NCBI GenBank assembly: GCA_002269645.1
Contig: NIVC01002152.1
Coordinates: forward strand, 136,069 to 200,068
DNA from: Macrostomum lignano
Lineage: Eukaryota
Direction of reading: 5' to 3'
Length of the DNA stretch: 64,000 nt
In this document: piece after piece, positions 12,735 through 25,029 of the stretch
How positions within the stretch are numbered: position 1 is the stretch's first letter
Layout of the letters: each line of letters opens with the position of its first letter
The notes under the pieces: model-generated
The model's input: only the letters and a program-made list of their open reading frames with translations
Database searches by the model: none
What the model was told of the DNA's origin: nothing
Made by a program: the position numbers and the translations under genes

Positions 12735-13540
12735 CTTAACGTCACTACCCTTAGAAAATATTGTCACTCCCCTAGAACAGTATTGTCACTCACCTGAAGC
12801 AGGTGAGGGAACAGCTGCAGATGGCACTGAAGCAGCTGAGGGAATAGCTACAGATACTAACCTGACAATGTCACTCCCCCCGATTAGTATTGTCACTCAC
12901 CCACTAACCTGACAATGTCACTCCCCTAGAATAGCATTGTCACTCACCCACTAACCTGACAATGTCACTCCCCTAGAATAGTATTGTCACTCACCCAATT
13001 ACCTGGAAATGTCACTCCCCTAGAATAATATTGTCACTCGCCCACTTTCCTGGAAATGTCACTCCCCTAGAATAGTATTGTTACTCACTCACTAACCTGG
13101 CAATGTCACTCCCCTAGAATAGTATTGTTACTCACTCACTAACCTGGCAATGTCACTCCCTTAGAATAGCATTGTTACTCACTCACTAACCTGACAATGT
13201 CACTCCCCTAGAATAGTATTGTTACTCACTCACTAACCTGGCAATGTCACTCCCCTAGAATAGCATTGTTACTCACTCACTAACCTGGCAATGTCACTCC
13301 CCTAGAATAGTATTGTTACTCACTCACTAACCTGACAATGTCACTCCCCTAGAATAGCATTGTTACTCACTCACTAACCTGGCAATGTCACTCCCCTAGA
13401 ATAGTATTGTTACTCACTCACTAACCTGGCAATGTCACTCCCCTAGAATTGTATTGTCACTCACGCACAAACCTAGAAATGTCACTCCCCTAGAATAGCA
13501 TTGTCACTTACTCACTAACCTGACAATGTCACTCCCCAAA
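12735..13540. repeat. 47-bp minisatellite (AATGTCACTCCCCTAGAATAGTATTGTTACTCACTCACTAACCTGGC)
   Basis: Period 47 (for example 13141 to 13188), degenerating leftward. Confidence 0.93.
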
Positions 13541-13681
13541 TATTGTAATTTTATACTTTGCTTGAAAAATTTAAAAACATACTTTTAGGTAAGTCGCAAA
13601 ACTAAGTTGCATTTTCAGTCAAAACCAGGTCGCATGACCGGTGTAATTTTAGATGTTGCGCATGTCTGTCTGGTTACTCTT

Positions 13682-14097
13682 CTACTCGTAGAAACTCTCG
13701 ACTTGATGGAAATCCTGCGCGATTGGCGATTGCGGTAGCGGCTGCAGCTCAAACTGGCTCACATTCTCAACAAAGTACTGCTCTACAAGCAGATACTGCT
13801 GCAGAGAATTTGGCAACGGAAGCAACCCGACAGCTGCGCTGGCTCCAAGCTGTCTGCCACGAATGCGGGCCATGATCTCGAAACGGCACAGATGTTTTAG
13901 CGATGGTAAAACAGAGTTACGGCTAAGCGGGGCCAGCTTTAACGGGCCATCAGCGGTCGGTTGTGGCAATAAATAGCGGGTGCTACATGTATTGGCGGAT
14001 CTAACGCTTCTGGAATCTCGAACCAGGTAATCAATAAGGTCCGTTAGATTCGTGCGCGACCGAATATTCATATCACGCCAGCTGAGATGGAAGACAC
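13682..14097 (-). CDS. SOCS: SOCS-family protein exon 3: end of SH2 domain plus SOCS box
   Basis: Acceptor atacag|GTGTCT (phase 1) gives SVFHLSWRDMNIRS...LTDLIDYL...LPSLKHLCRFEI...LPLPNSLQQYL, stop TAG at 13682. Confidence 0.9.
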
Positions 14098-14171
14098 CTG
14101 TATTGAAGAATATTTCTTTTTTAGTAAAAAGGAAAAAATGCTACCTACTAAATCACAACTATTGAGTATAC

Positions 14172-14520
14172 AGGTACAAGTGTACAGGTGAGCTACTCTG
14201 ACAAGTGTACAGGTGAGCTACTCTGACAAGTGTACAGGTGAGCTAATCTTACAAGTGTACAGGTGAACTAATCTTACAAGTGTACAGGTGAGCTACTCTG
14301 ACAAGTGTACAGGTGAACTTATCTTACAAGTGTACAGGTGAACTAATCTTAAGTGTACAGGTGAACTAATCTTAAGTGTACAGGTGAACTAATCTTACAA
14401 GTGTACAGGTGAACTAATCTTACAAGTGTACAGGTGAACTAATCTTACAAGTGTACAGGTGAACTAATCTTACAAGTGTACAGGTGAACTAATCTTACAA
14501 GTGTACAGGCGAACTATTCT
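14172..14520. repeat. 25-bp intronic minisatellite (ACAAGTGTACAGGTGAACTAATCTT)
   Basis: Fills SOCS intron 2. Confidence 0.95.
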
Positions 14521-14588
14521 ACAACGGCTACTGCACCCTACTGTAAGCTATTGATACGAGTAGAATGATTTCCACTTTCATGACTCAC

Positions 14589-14781
14589 TGGACTCGCAAA
14601 CGATTTTGGTGTCAAATGTTAAGCCATTATAAAGCAGGCATAGATAGAAAACATTTAAATTATAGGGCGATTCTCGCACAATAAACGATCCATTGGGTCG
14701 GCCGGCCAAAATTCTAGTCACATCGGCGCTATTCAGGGGACCGAAGTACCACGGCATCTGTGGGGACGGGAGCGATTTCAT
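14589..14781 (-). CDS. SOCS: SOCS-family protein exon 2: SH2 domain
   Basis: Acceptor ctcccag|ATGAAA. WYFGPLNSADVTRILAGRPNGSFIVRES is an SH2 signature. Donor A|GTGAGT. 193 nt, phase 0/1. Confidence 0.9.
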
Positions 14782-14796
14782 CTGGGAGTTTTGCAG

Positions 14797-15122
14797 TTAA
14801 TAATAATAATAATATAAAAACAGATCAAACCTGCCCCAATCGGACCAGATGTGCAACCGACAGCTCAGCCGCAGCTATTGCGCGGCGCATCTGAAGGCTG
14901 CGTACGGCTGTTCAGTCCAAGGACTGGGTGGTCGCCACACACAGCCTCAATTACCCCAGCTGATGCTGGTACCCACTTTATAGCTGAATGGACTGAAGCA
15001 ATGCAGAGTGAAGTGTCTTGCTCAATGACACAAACGTTTGCGAGTGGGTCGAGAATCGAACCCTCGACCTTGAAGGCTTCAATTCGTCAGTCTGACGCTC
15101 TAACCACTAGGCTACAACCCCC
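14797..15122 (-). mobile_element. tRNA-derived CORE-SINE, copy 2 (full length, TTA tail)
   Basis: Same head and core as 1034-1279, ending in (TTA)n on the minus strand. Lies in SOCS intron 1. Confidence 0.85.
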
Positions 15123-15152
15123 TTATGTTGCACTTGGGAACAGGCATACCGG

Positions 15153-15493
15153 CAGACAGGACAGACAGGACAGGCAGGACAGACAGGACAGACAGACAAG
15201 TAGGACAGACAGGACAGACAGACAGGACAGACAGGACAGGCAGGACAGACAGGACAGACAGACAAGTAGGACAGACAGGACAGGCAGGACAGACAGGACA
15301 GACAGACAAGTAGGACAGACAGGACAGACAGACAGGACAGACAGGACAGGCAGGACAGACAGGACAGACAGACAAGTAGGACAGACAGGACAGGCAGGAC
15401 AGACAGGACAGACAGACAAGTAGGACAGACAGGACAGACAGGACAAAAAGACAAGTAGGACAGACAGGACAAGACAGACAGGACAGACAGGTC
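15153..15493. repeat. GACA/GGACA-rich simple repeat
   Basis: Direct reading; SOCS intron 1. Confidence 0.95.
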
Positions 15494-15545
15494 AGACGGG
15501 CGATCTGGAGTAGAGGTAGAATTCAAGGCAGCAAGAAATCTTTAC

Positions 15546-15944
15546 CTGTTTAATCTGTTTGATGTCAAACATACAGGGGTAGTGTCCACTTTGGCGGCTA
15601 ATCTGGTACGCGAACCTGCCGCTTCTTTCAAAATTTTGCAGACTAATCTCAGACTCGTTGGCCCTTCGATAATCTCTTTGATGATTGCTCCTGCCGCCAA
15701 TGAAGCGACAGGTCGTCAGGATTCGGCAGACACGCTGCCAAACTGTCCCACTCTCAGGCCGCGCAGATTGGATACTGCGAGTGTCTGCTACAGGTTCTTG
15801 AAGATCCGCCAGAGGCGGCAGAGGCGGCAGAGGCCTGATCTCATCGTTTATTGGCCGCCTGTGTAGGCGGGGTGGTATTAGCGGAGGTCGTTGTTGCTGG
15901 ATTGGCTGCTCAACAACCTGCTGATCCATGCCTAGTGGCTCCAT
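15546..15944 (-). CDS. SOCS: SOCS-family protein, first coding exon (Pro-rich N-terminus)
   Basis: ATG at 15944 (MEPLGMDQQ), preceded by a possible acceptor aatatag|G. Donor CAG|GTAAAG in phase 0 joins the SH2 exon. The 15983 start in the ORF track is TTG. Confidence 0.7.
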
Positions 15945-16182
15945 CCTATATTTATTATCAACACTCAGAAAATATTTGAGCAAGATAGGTTTAATAACTG
16001 TTTTACTGCATCCTTTTGGAATAAGTATAAATTAGGTTTAGTTTAACAAATAACTTTACTTTACGTAATTACTAGTCCAAAATATGAGCCATATTCACTT
16101 TTCTTGCTTTCCCTTTTTTAATGATAAATATGTTTTAATGGATGATATAAAATTTATGCTTACAACACTTGTAACAAAATAT

Positions 16183-16500
16183 GGTGTAAAATTAATAAAT
16201 ATTGAAACCTATTGGTATATATTCTAGAGACTATATAATGTATATAGGCTCTAATAATGTAATATGATGGTGTAAAATTAATATATATTGAAACCTATTG
16301 GTGTATATTCTAGAGACTATATAATGTATATAGGCTCTAATAATGTAATATGATGGTGTAAAATTAATATATATTGAAACCTATTGGTATATATTCTAGA
16401 GACTATATAATGTATATAGGCTCTAATAATGTAATATAATGGTGTAAAATTAATAAATATTGAAACCTATTGGTATATATTCTAGAGCCTATATAATGTA
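16183..16500. repeat. 86-bp AT-rich tandem repeat, about 3.7 copies
   Basis: GGTGTAAAATTAA starts at 16183, 16269, 16355 and 16441. Confidence 0.92.
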
Positions 16501-19500
16501 GATAAGAATATAGATGTAGCAAATGCCAAACCCAGATAAAAAATTAGTGCTGGCACATATACAAAGGCTGTTCTTTAGGTTCAATTCATACTACAAGTCA
16601 TTGTAGTTATTTATACACATGCAATCCCCTGATCTTAGATGCACAGTTATATTTGCAGCAGTTAGTATAGATAATAGATGTGGTACACAAAAATTAGCTT
16701 AACTATTCTCAATTTAAGCAGTTAGAGCTAGTTCAGATATTCCCAAAAATATATGTTTGATGTTTAATTATTAAATGGCATTATTGACAATAATATGTAT
16801 CCTATACTTAAGATCATATCATGTATGCTAGAAATTTCATGTATGCTAGAAATTTCTAGCATAATTTTGACAAAAACACACACAAAGCACAGTGAATGTG
16901 GTGCATGTCTGCAGCTTTTTTTTTAACATTTGACTTTGGACCTCATCTTGTATGTGTGAGTGCTTGCTTGCATGCATAAATTTTGCAAATATAATGCTAT
17001 ACTTGGTTGCAAATGACAAAAGTTATTAACATTTTACTTTAAATCAGATGCATTATATGGGCCACCCTATATATAGTGAATACATTTTTTCTAACCATCT
17101 TCTCCAATCAAATTCTCTAATGATTTTTCAAGTAAATTTTCTAACCATAGGCACTTTTTCTAGGCTCTTATTGTCTCATTTGCTTAGCTTGTGCAGACAT
17201 ACAAGAGGAAGGAGTCTATCACAACTAAAATACATGTTTGATTTTCATATAATCTATAGTTTATAGACTAAAGAAATCCAATTTTGCTGCAGAAAGCTCA
17301 AAGGCTAGTTGGAGAAAATTCTAAAGAAAACATTATGGCTGGAGAAAATATGCACATAGTTTTTGTCAAGTTTTATATTTATAGATTGATATTACTAAGA
17401 TAATACATTAAAAAAAGAAATATCAATTTGTATATCAATCTATATAGTGCATTTACTAGTGATATCAGATTATTTTTATATAAGTATCTTTGAAATTTTT
17501 ATAGGAGCCTACTTAAAAAGGAAAAAAACTATACATACTAATATACATTTTTACAATAGCATTCTTAGAAAAACAATATTGATAATATTTATACTATCAT
17601 TAAGCAATAAACTATGAATTAGTTAAATAATATAAAAAATATTGAAAAGCTATATATTATATACTTTATGCTACATGTTGCATGAAATTATATTTATATG
17701 TATATTATATATGTATAATCAGCAGTATGGCCAAAATGCCTATATATAATTAAATATCTATCATATAGAATCATTTGCTAAATTATTTTTTCATTATTTT
17801 TTTATTTTTAGATTCCAAAATTTTAAAACAAGTGAAAAAATTAATAGGCCTAGCTTAACATATATTGGCAATTAAATTGTTATAGTCAATTGCTACATTG
17901 CCATATTACACAAAGTAACCTCTATGTTCACTAACTCAAGCCAGCTGTACCTTTGCAATGGTACAATCTAACTTAAGGCCACTAGTTGTCTTGTCTTGTC
18001 TAGTCATCCAGAGAGTAATAGTCAAAAATAAAAAGTAAGCAATTGTTTGACTTGATTGCTAGTATTGGCAGCTTAGCAGCTATTTTTTAATCTCAAACAT
18101 ATTTCCCTTTTAAGGTTCCCTATATTGTCATAGCCTATTGACCATAGACATATTTTTATGCTTTATATATACAAAAGTGATACTTTTTTAAGAATTCCTG
18201 ATATACCAATGCGCAAATTCAATGTTGTAGAGATGTGTCTTAGGTAAAATTATCTAGTAATATTATTACCCAATATTAAAATAGTGCCCTTGTTTTTTGA
18301 TGTGGCAATTGACTATAACAAACAATTTAGTTACTAGTATATATTAAACTATTAATTCATTCATTTATAAGACAGTGTACTTTATAATATAGAATACTCT
18401 TCTAGTACATTTAGCTGTAATTATAACCTATTATTTCTTAAAAAGTACTTTATTTAAATTTCTACCCTCATTTTTGTTTAACTGTAATATTTTGAAATAT
18501 TATTTTATAAGTAAAATTTGTTATAAATTATTCGCCAATTTTGTATAAACAGAAGGTCAGAGAGAGCCAGAAAGAGTAACTTGCAAACATAAGAATTGCC
18601 TTACTATATTGCCTCACTTATCAAAATTTAATAAGGCAAGTTATTAAATACATTTAGGGTTTTTTAGTATATGAAAAACCCCAAATTGGGAAAAATGGCT
18701 AGAAAGTGAGAATTGCCTTAGAAAAACAATTTTATTAGAACTATAAAATCATCTTAGAGCAGTAAACCACTTTAGAGCAATATAAACTCTTAAAAGCCAT
18801 GAAACTCTGATCTTGGGAATGCCCAAGACTAAGAGAATTCCACTTTTACACTTTAAAAGAAAAATTAAAAATATGGAAATAGGGTTTAGTGCCAATAGAC
18901 TACTTAGACCAAAAATAGTATATGTTACCAATAGATAAGTCTATATGCTACCAATAAGTACATAAATGCACTATTAATCTCTACATATAAAAATCAAAAC
19001 TCTATGTGTGTGTGTGTATGTCTATGTACAAATTACTTTGCTATGGACTCCTAAACTACTCAACCAATTCACACCAAATTTTGCACCCACCCTAAATTCA
19101 CTATGGAAAGTGTCATAGGCTACCTTAAAATTTCCTAAATTTGAGTCTTCCTACCTAAAAGTGCAAAAAACTGCTCAAAATGTGCGATTTTTTCACTAAA
19201 TGCTTCATAGTACACTCCACTTTTATCAATTGTCTTCAAATTTGACACACTCAATCTTCAACTATTTTGACACAATCGTGTAAAATTTTGAGTCTCAAAG
19301 TTGATCCTAAACAGTGCTGTGCACTTTTAAAGTTAGGCTGTTTTTTTCAGCGTAGCAACCACCCCAACCTCTACCCGCCTGCCTCTCTTTCCCAATCCCG
19401 ATCTGGGCCCAAATGGGTTTCAAAATTGACTAACTTTCAGCTGCCATAAGTTTGCTCCACATAAAAGCGATTGACTTTAAACTTGACACAATTCTTAATT

Positions 19501-19789
19501 GACTCATTCTCTCTCTAAATGTAAAGTTTCAACTATGTAACTCAACCGAAAAAGAACTGTAAGCATGTGAAGTTTGTCTGTTTTTTCTGTTGTTTGTGCC
19601 ACTCACTCACTCATTCCCCAGAGCCAGACCAAGGGTCAGGCGATAGAGCTGAATGTACATGACAATGTACAGTGTTTTAGAATAGCTTTGTTTATGGCCT
19701 TCTCTGCACCCCCGTGGAGGGGCTACGTTTAGCCATCCATAACAATTTAGTGAGAAATTCTAACCACTGTCCTCTGTATAGGCAAACTC

Positions 19790-21580
19790 TGCAGCAGTTT
19801 AACAGTGGATGGCAAATCAAGGTAATCCAGCATGGTTTGTAAAAGCGAAAGATTTATAAAAAAAGGTGATGCAATGCAATACAACCCTACTAAATTAGTC
19901 ACACCATGGAAATTTAAGGTTTCTCTTAAAGGTACTTTAAAATTAAAATGGCCTCCTAAGAAATGTATATTTCTTTGGTTGTTAGACTGATGCAGACTGC
20001 AGTGGAGCTGAAGATACACAAATTCTTTTCAGGGCTTGCAAATTGGCAAGAAAGATGACATGATCAAAGCATGAGAACAGCCATGAGAGTACTATGTCCC
20101 ACAAACTGGCTTTCCAAGCAGGAATGTGCAGACTTTTACCTCAAAGGCCAGAAAAGAATCCAGCTTATGGCTGAAGGGCAGTTGAGAGTGGAGAGAAGAA
20201 GGAATAGACTATTCGAAAAGAGAGGAGAGGTGAGAGAGGGAATAAGAGAAAATATAAAAGATAATAGGAGAGATGAGGGAGTGAGGACGATGAGAGGAAA
20301 GAGTAGAGAAGAGCAAGTAGAGAGGAGAGAGTAGAAGAGCGAGTAGAGAGTAGAGTAGCGAGTGGAAAGAAGAGAGTAGAGGAGCGAGTAGAGAGGAGAG
20401 AGTAGAGGAGCAAGTAGAGGAGAGAGTAGAAGAGTGAGTAGAGAAGAGAGAGTAGAGGAGCGGGTAGAGAGGAGAGAGTAGAAGAGAGAGTAGAGAAGAG
20501 AGAGTAGAGAGGAGCAAGTAGAGGAGAGAGTAGAGAATAGAGTAGCAAGTGGAGAGGAGAGAGTAGAGGAGCGAGTAGAAAGGAGAGAGCAGAGAGCTGC
20601 AGGTAAGAGGAGAGGAGAGCAGAGAGGAGTTAGTAAAAAGGAGTAAATCGAAGAGAGAAGAGATAAGGTTGTACAGATGAGAGAGGTGTAAGGAGGATTG
20701 GAAAATGAGAGATGAGAGATAAAGGAGGAAAGTGGAGAGAGAAAAGACGAGACAAGAGAGGGAGAGACTATATAGAAGAGGGAAGAGAAGAGAAGAGAAG
20801 AGAAGAAAGGAGAAAGGAAAGTGAGGAGACAAAAGAGGTGAAAGAAAAGAGTACAGAGGACAGAATGAGAGAACATATAAGACAGTGAAGATGACAGATG
20901 AAAGAGGGAGGATTAGCTGAGAGCAGAGACAAAAATGAACAGATGAGAGATGGGAGAGTAGAGAGAACAGAGGAGAGATAAGAGAGAAGAGATTACAGAG
21001 ACAAGAGGAGAGACAAAGGGAGAGAGAAGTGAGTGAGGCGAGAGGAGAGAAAAGAGGAGAATGGAGGGGAGAGAGTAGAGAGGAGAAGAAAGATGGGAGG
21101 AGAGATAAGAGAGAGGGGGGAAGCAGAGAGAGGGGGAAACAGAGAGAGAGGAGGGGAAGCAGAGAGAGAGAAGGGAAGCAGAGAGAAATGAAAAGAGATA
21201 AAAAAGAGAGAAGAGAAAGGAATGATCAGAGAGCAAATAAAGACGAGAGAGAAGAGAGGAAACAGAAGAGAAGATAGAAGTTTCAAAAGATCCAAGGGAC
21301 ATAAGGAGAGTCAGAGGCAGAGGCCAGAGTTTGCCAATACATGTTTTAGAGTCAGACAAACATTAATTGCCTATTTAAAGTAAAAAACACCCCAGCCAAC
21401 AATATCAATGTTTGCCTTAAATCCTAATTTTACGCAAATGTACTCCATTTTGTTTACCTCTATCCTACTAACTATTAACAAGTTTTTGTTTCAGTATGGG
21501 CTTAGATTTCAGAATACATGCAAAAATAGTTCTGGGGATTAGAATTCCCGGGGTTCAAATTCCCCGGGTTTCAACAGCTT
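19790..21580 (+). mobile_element. Composite dispersed repeat containing a decayed hAT-type MITE (about 20119-21350) with GA-rich interior
   Basis: Both flanks match 46545-48640 in inverted orientation. Decayed TIR AGTTTGCCAATACATG at about 21335 is related to the intact MITE at 34524. Confidence 0.75.
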
Positions 21581-22169
21581 GTATCTATATATATGAAACA
21601 TTAGTAAAGTACATAAGAAATAGGAACATTAGAAGCCATTTAAACAGCTTAGTAATAACAACTATAGTAAACTATAGTAGAGGAAATAGCCCTAGCACAA
21701 CTTTGATGATAGTCTTCAAGATTATTATAGACACTACCATAGTCTAGATCATGCTAAGTGTATGCCTGAACAAAAATTGAATAGTTATAAATGCATGCCA
21801 AAAAATTTAAGTGTGTACTCACATTTAAATCTAGGCCAATATGGCAACAATAAATGACCTTGTATTGCAACAATAAATGACCTGTTGGAATAAAGAGATT
21901 TGGAATATAGAGACACCATTACGACTTTTGGTGGCAACAATTAGGACTTAAAGAAAAGCTTTGCCCTTTGACACTTTATATTTTTGGACTCTAAAAATAG
22001 AAAGGAATCAAATTTAAATGAAAAAATAATTTAACAAACAATCTAAATATACTAAATCTCTTTCTATACTATAGTTAGGATAGTCAATTAAACTTTGTGG
22101 GTGAATTGGTCTAGAGCCTATAAGGCAATTATCTTATATATGGCCAAAAAAGGTTAATCTAGCAACCGG

Positions 22170-23595
22170 TACTAACTAAACTATGGAAATGGATGCAGAT
22201 ACAGAATGGATTCGCATAATAAAATGTGGATACGAATGCAGATTACTATTTTGTGGAATCAATATGGATATAATGTACAGGGCCCCTCCTGATTTCTCTA
22301 TAAAATAGGTACTGCTTAGTCTAATTGGTATTTATGCCAAAACTAAGAAACGCATTTTGTTTAAATACTCGTATTTTCTATAATATTTCACACTAATGGA
22401 TTTTTGTTAAAAACATATAAGAATTTTAGTATAAATAAAAGCAATTTTGGTGGAGGAAGAACCAACCTCGCGCATCACAGTTCTACAATAAATGATTGAT
22501 AGCGAATAGTAAGAGTTCTGAGAAAATAAGAATTGAAGAAGTGCTTTCTGTGTTAATTCCTTTTATGAAGTAAGAGTGAAATAGACTGAAGCGTATACAG
22601 TAAATACTATTGAGAAGCAGCAGTATTGAGTTGTAAGAGAATACAAAGTATATCTGAAGTGATACGTGTAAGAATAACCAGAGGCTATGACCCTCTGATC
22701 TCGATAACGCCCAAGGACTTGCAAAGTACATGAAATACATATACCAGTATAGCCAATAGACCACTCAGGCCAAAAGTACAGTGAATGCTACCGGAATCAG
22801 AATAAACGCTACCAGAATAACAGAGGAATAATACTTATAAGGGCTAATAGTTTCTAAGAATAATACTCAGACTAAATACTCAGACTAAATAATTAGACTA
22901 AATACTAAGATATATACTTAGATCAATTCTAAGAAATGTTTCTTGGATTATTCTAAGATTGATAAACTCATAATTTATTAATAGGATAATCCTGGTGGCA
23001 GCTACCAACTCAACAAGAAAACTTAAAGATTAGCATAGGAAGTTAGCCCTAGCACAGCTTGGTGACATAACGGTGGGATAATTTCAGTAAGAGGAAACAT
23101 GCCTATAACAATAAAAAGCAAATGCAGAAAATCTCCAGAGTTACTTCTGTCAAAACATTGATTTATATTCTGCTTTTATTTAGTTCTATTTAATTTTTAG
23201 ATAAATTTTTCTTATTTAAATTTATTGAGAATAATGACAAAATTGTTGTCTCAATTTTCAAACAACAAATCACAATGAAGAAATCATCTAAAGATTTACA
23301 TGTACTTTATGCAATTGGCATAGGTACTTAAAAACAAGAAACTAGTCAATCTAGACTTTAACTATCTAGTTGAATTATTTAGAATCCAAACTTAAACAGA
23401 ATAAGCAGAATATAAATCCATGTTATAACATAACTAAATCTGAAGATTTTCTGCATCTGCCATTTTTAGGCCTTATCTGTATTGATTCCACAAATAGTAA
23501 TCCATATATATATATCTGCATTTTAATGGATATCCAAAGGACAAAGGATATCTATTTCATATCTGCATCTATTTCCACAATTTAGTTTTAACACT
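22170..23595. mobile_element. Decayed MITE-like element defined by inverted ends
   Basis: AACTAAACTATGGAAATGGATGCAGATA and GATTACTATTTTGTGGAATCAATA at 22175-22265 recur as reverse complements at about 23465-23590. Confidence 0.55.
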
Positions 23596-24414
23596 AGCAA
23601 CCTATAGACTATATATATATATATCTAATAGGCCTAACTAATAAAAAAATAACATTGACTTTCATAATAATAAGCAAACCATTCACATCATCATTATATA
23701 ACTTAAGAATCTAGATTTTGTTTGTTGGCTTTCATTATAGGACTGCACATGAGGCATGATTAATCTTTGACTATTGAAACTAAAATAAATCTAAAAATTA
23801 GTCAAGCATGCACATGGGCATGGCCATAAGGATGCTCTAGCTCTAGCATAGCATTAGCAAGCATGCAATGTATTATAGCATTATAAGCAAACCTTGATAG
23901 ACCTATTGATCCTAGATATATTATATATTAGCTATATAGGATAAGATCACAACTACATAAGTGCATAGTAATTAGGGCCTAATTTCTAACTTTCTTCATT
24001 TTTATGGATGTTCTACTTTAGTGATACAAAAAAGTTTTAACTTTTATGCAATTTAAAATTGAGGATTTCTGAATTTAAAGACTTTAAAAATGTCCTCACA
24101 TGCTGAAATGCGACCTACTAAAACCCAAAAAAAGTTACTACTAAAAAATTAACCATCACCATTATTAGCTTTGGAATGACAACATTTTCAACTCAAGGCA
24201 AGGTCTGTAAAAAAGGTGAGTATACGTGTCATCATCAAATTTATATTAACTACTAACTACGCGTTCCAAAAGCCAAAATCATATTTAAACAATTGTAGTT
24301 TTTTAATTAAACAAAATATTGAGTGTAAATGTCTTTTTTAGCTTCTTGTCAAGATATAATAGACAGTTAGTAATCCTTGATTTTTCATATAAATATTACA
24401 TTTGAAACCAACAA

Positions 24415-25010
24415 TCAACATTTTATTTTTGAGTCGACGCGTTTCGCACTCCGTGGTGCATCTTCAGGTTTATTTTATTTATTAGAACGAAAAAAACCGA
24501 GACTGACGATAATAAATGTTTGTGTGACGCTAAAAATTAGATGAGTAATTATGCTGTACAGTAAATTTGTTCGAAGATCAATAGACAGACGATAGGTCAG
24601 GGACGGAAATTTTGACAGAGCAGTGCAGTCCGTAGTCGGCGTTCTCTCACAGCTTAAAAAACACGGAGAACATGGCCCGCGCCACTATGTTGGAGTTGAG
24701 TGTTGAGGTTGGGGGAAAAAGCTTTTATGTGCATGGCCTCAAGAATCTTAAGTTTATAGTCAGATGTACATTGGTCGATAATTATAAAGCGTTCATTAGG
24801 AATGCTGGAGCAGCTATATTGCATTCTAAGAGGTGGGTTTGAATGGCCGATGGTTTGAGCCAGTGCTCTCTGGTTCTGGTGTGCAAGTGCTTTGTTGTTT
24901 TCCCTACGTAGGAGACGCTCTGATCACCAGAGCAGTTGAAACTGTAGATAACACCTGCACGCAGAGCACATGGCACATGTGACTTCAAATGGCCGACAAA
25001 ATCACCAGTT
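24415..25010 (-). mobile_element. Penelope-like retroelement 3' fragment (GIY-YIG endonuclease plus 3' pLTR)
   Basis: VIYSFNCSGDQSVSYVGKTTKHLHTRTREH GIY-YIG motif, continuing LKILEAMHIK...PNLNTQ. The 3' region is nearly identical to 31000-31500. Confidence 0.88.
24431..24470 (-). ncRNA. Minimal hammerhead ribozyme core (Penelope-type)
   Basis: CTGAAGA-T-GCAC-CACGGA-GTGC-GAAA-CGCG-TC: catalytic core, 4-bp stem II, palindromic ACGCGT stem III and GUC cleavage triplet. Stem I is weak. Confidence 0.6.
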
Positions 25011-25029
25011 TTGGATGACCGAAAGGGGA

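Noticed and set aside
20136-21359. Leu/Ser-rich ORFs here and at 46719-48254 (511 aa)
   Set aside because: They come from CT/GA low-complexity sequence that cannot form stops on one strand; part of a dispersed repeat.
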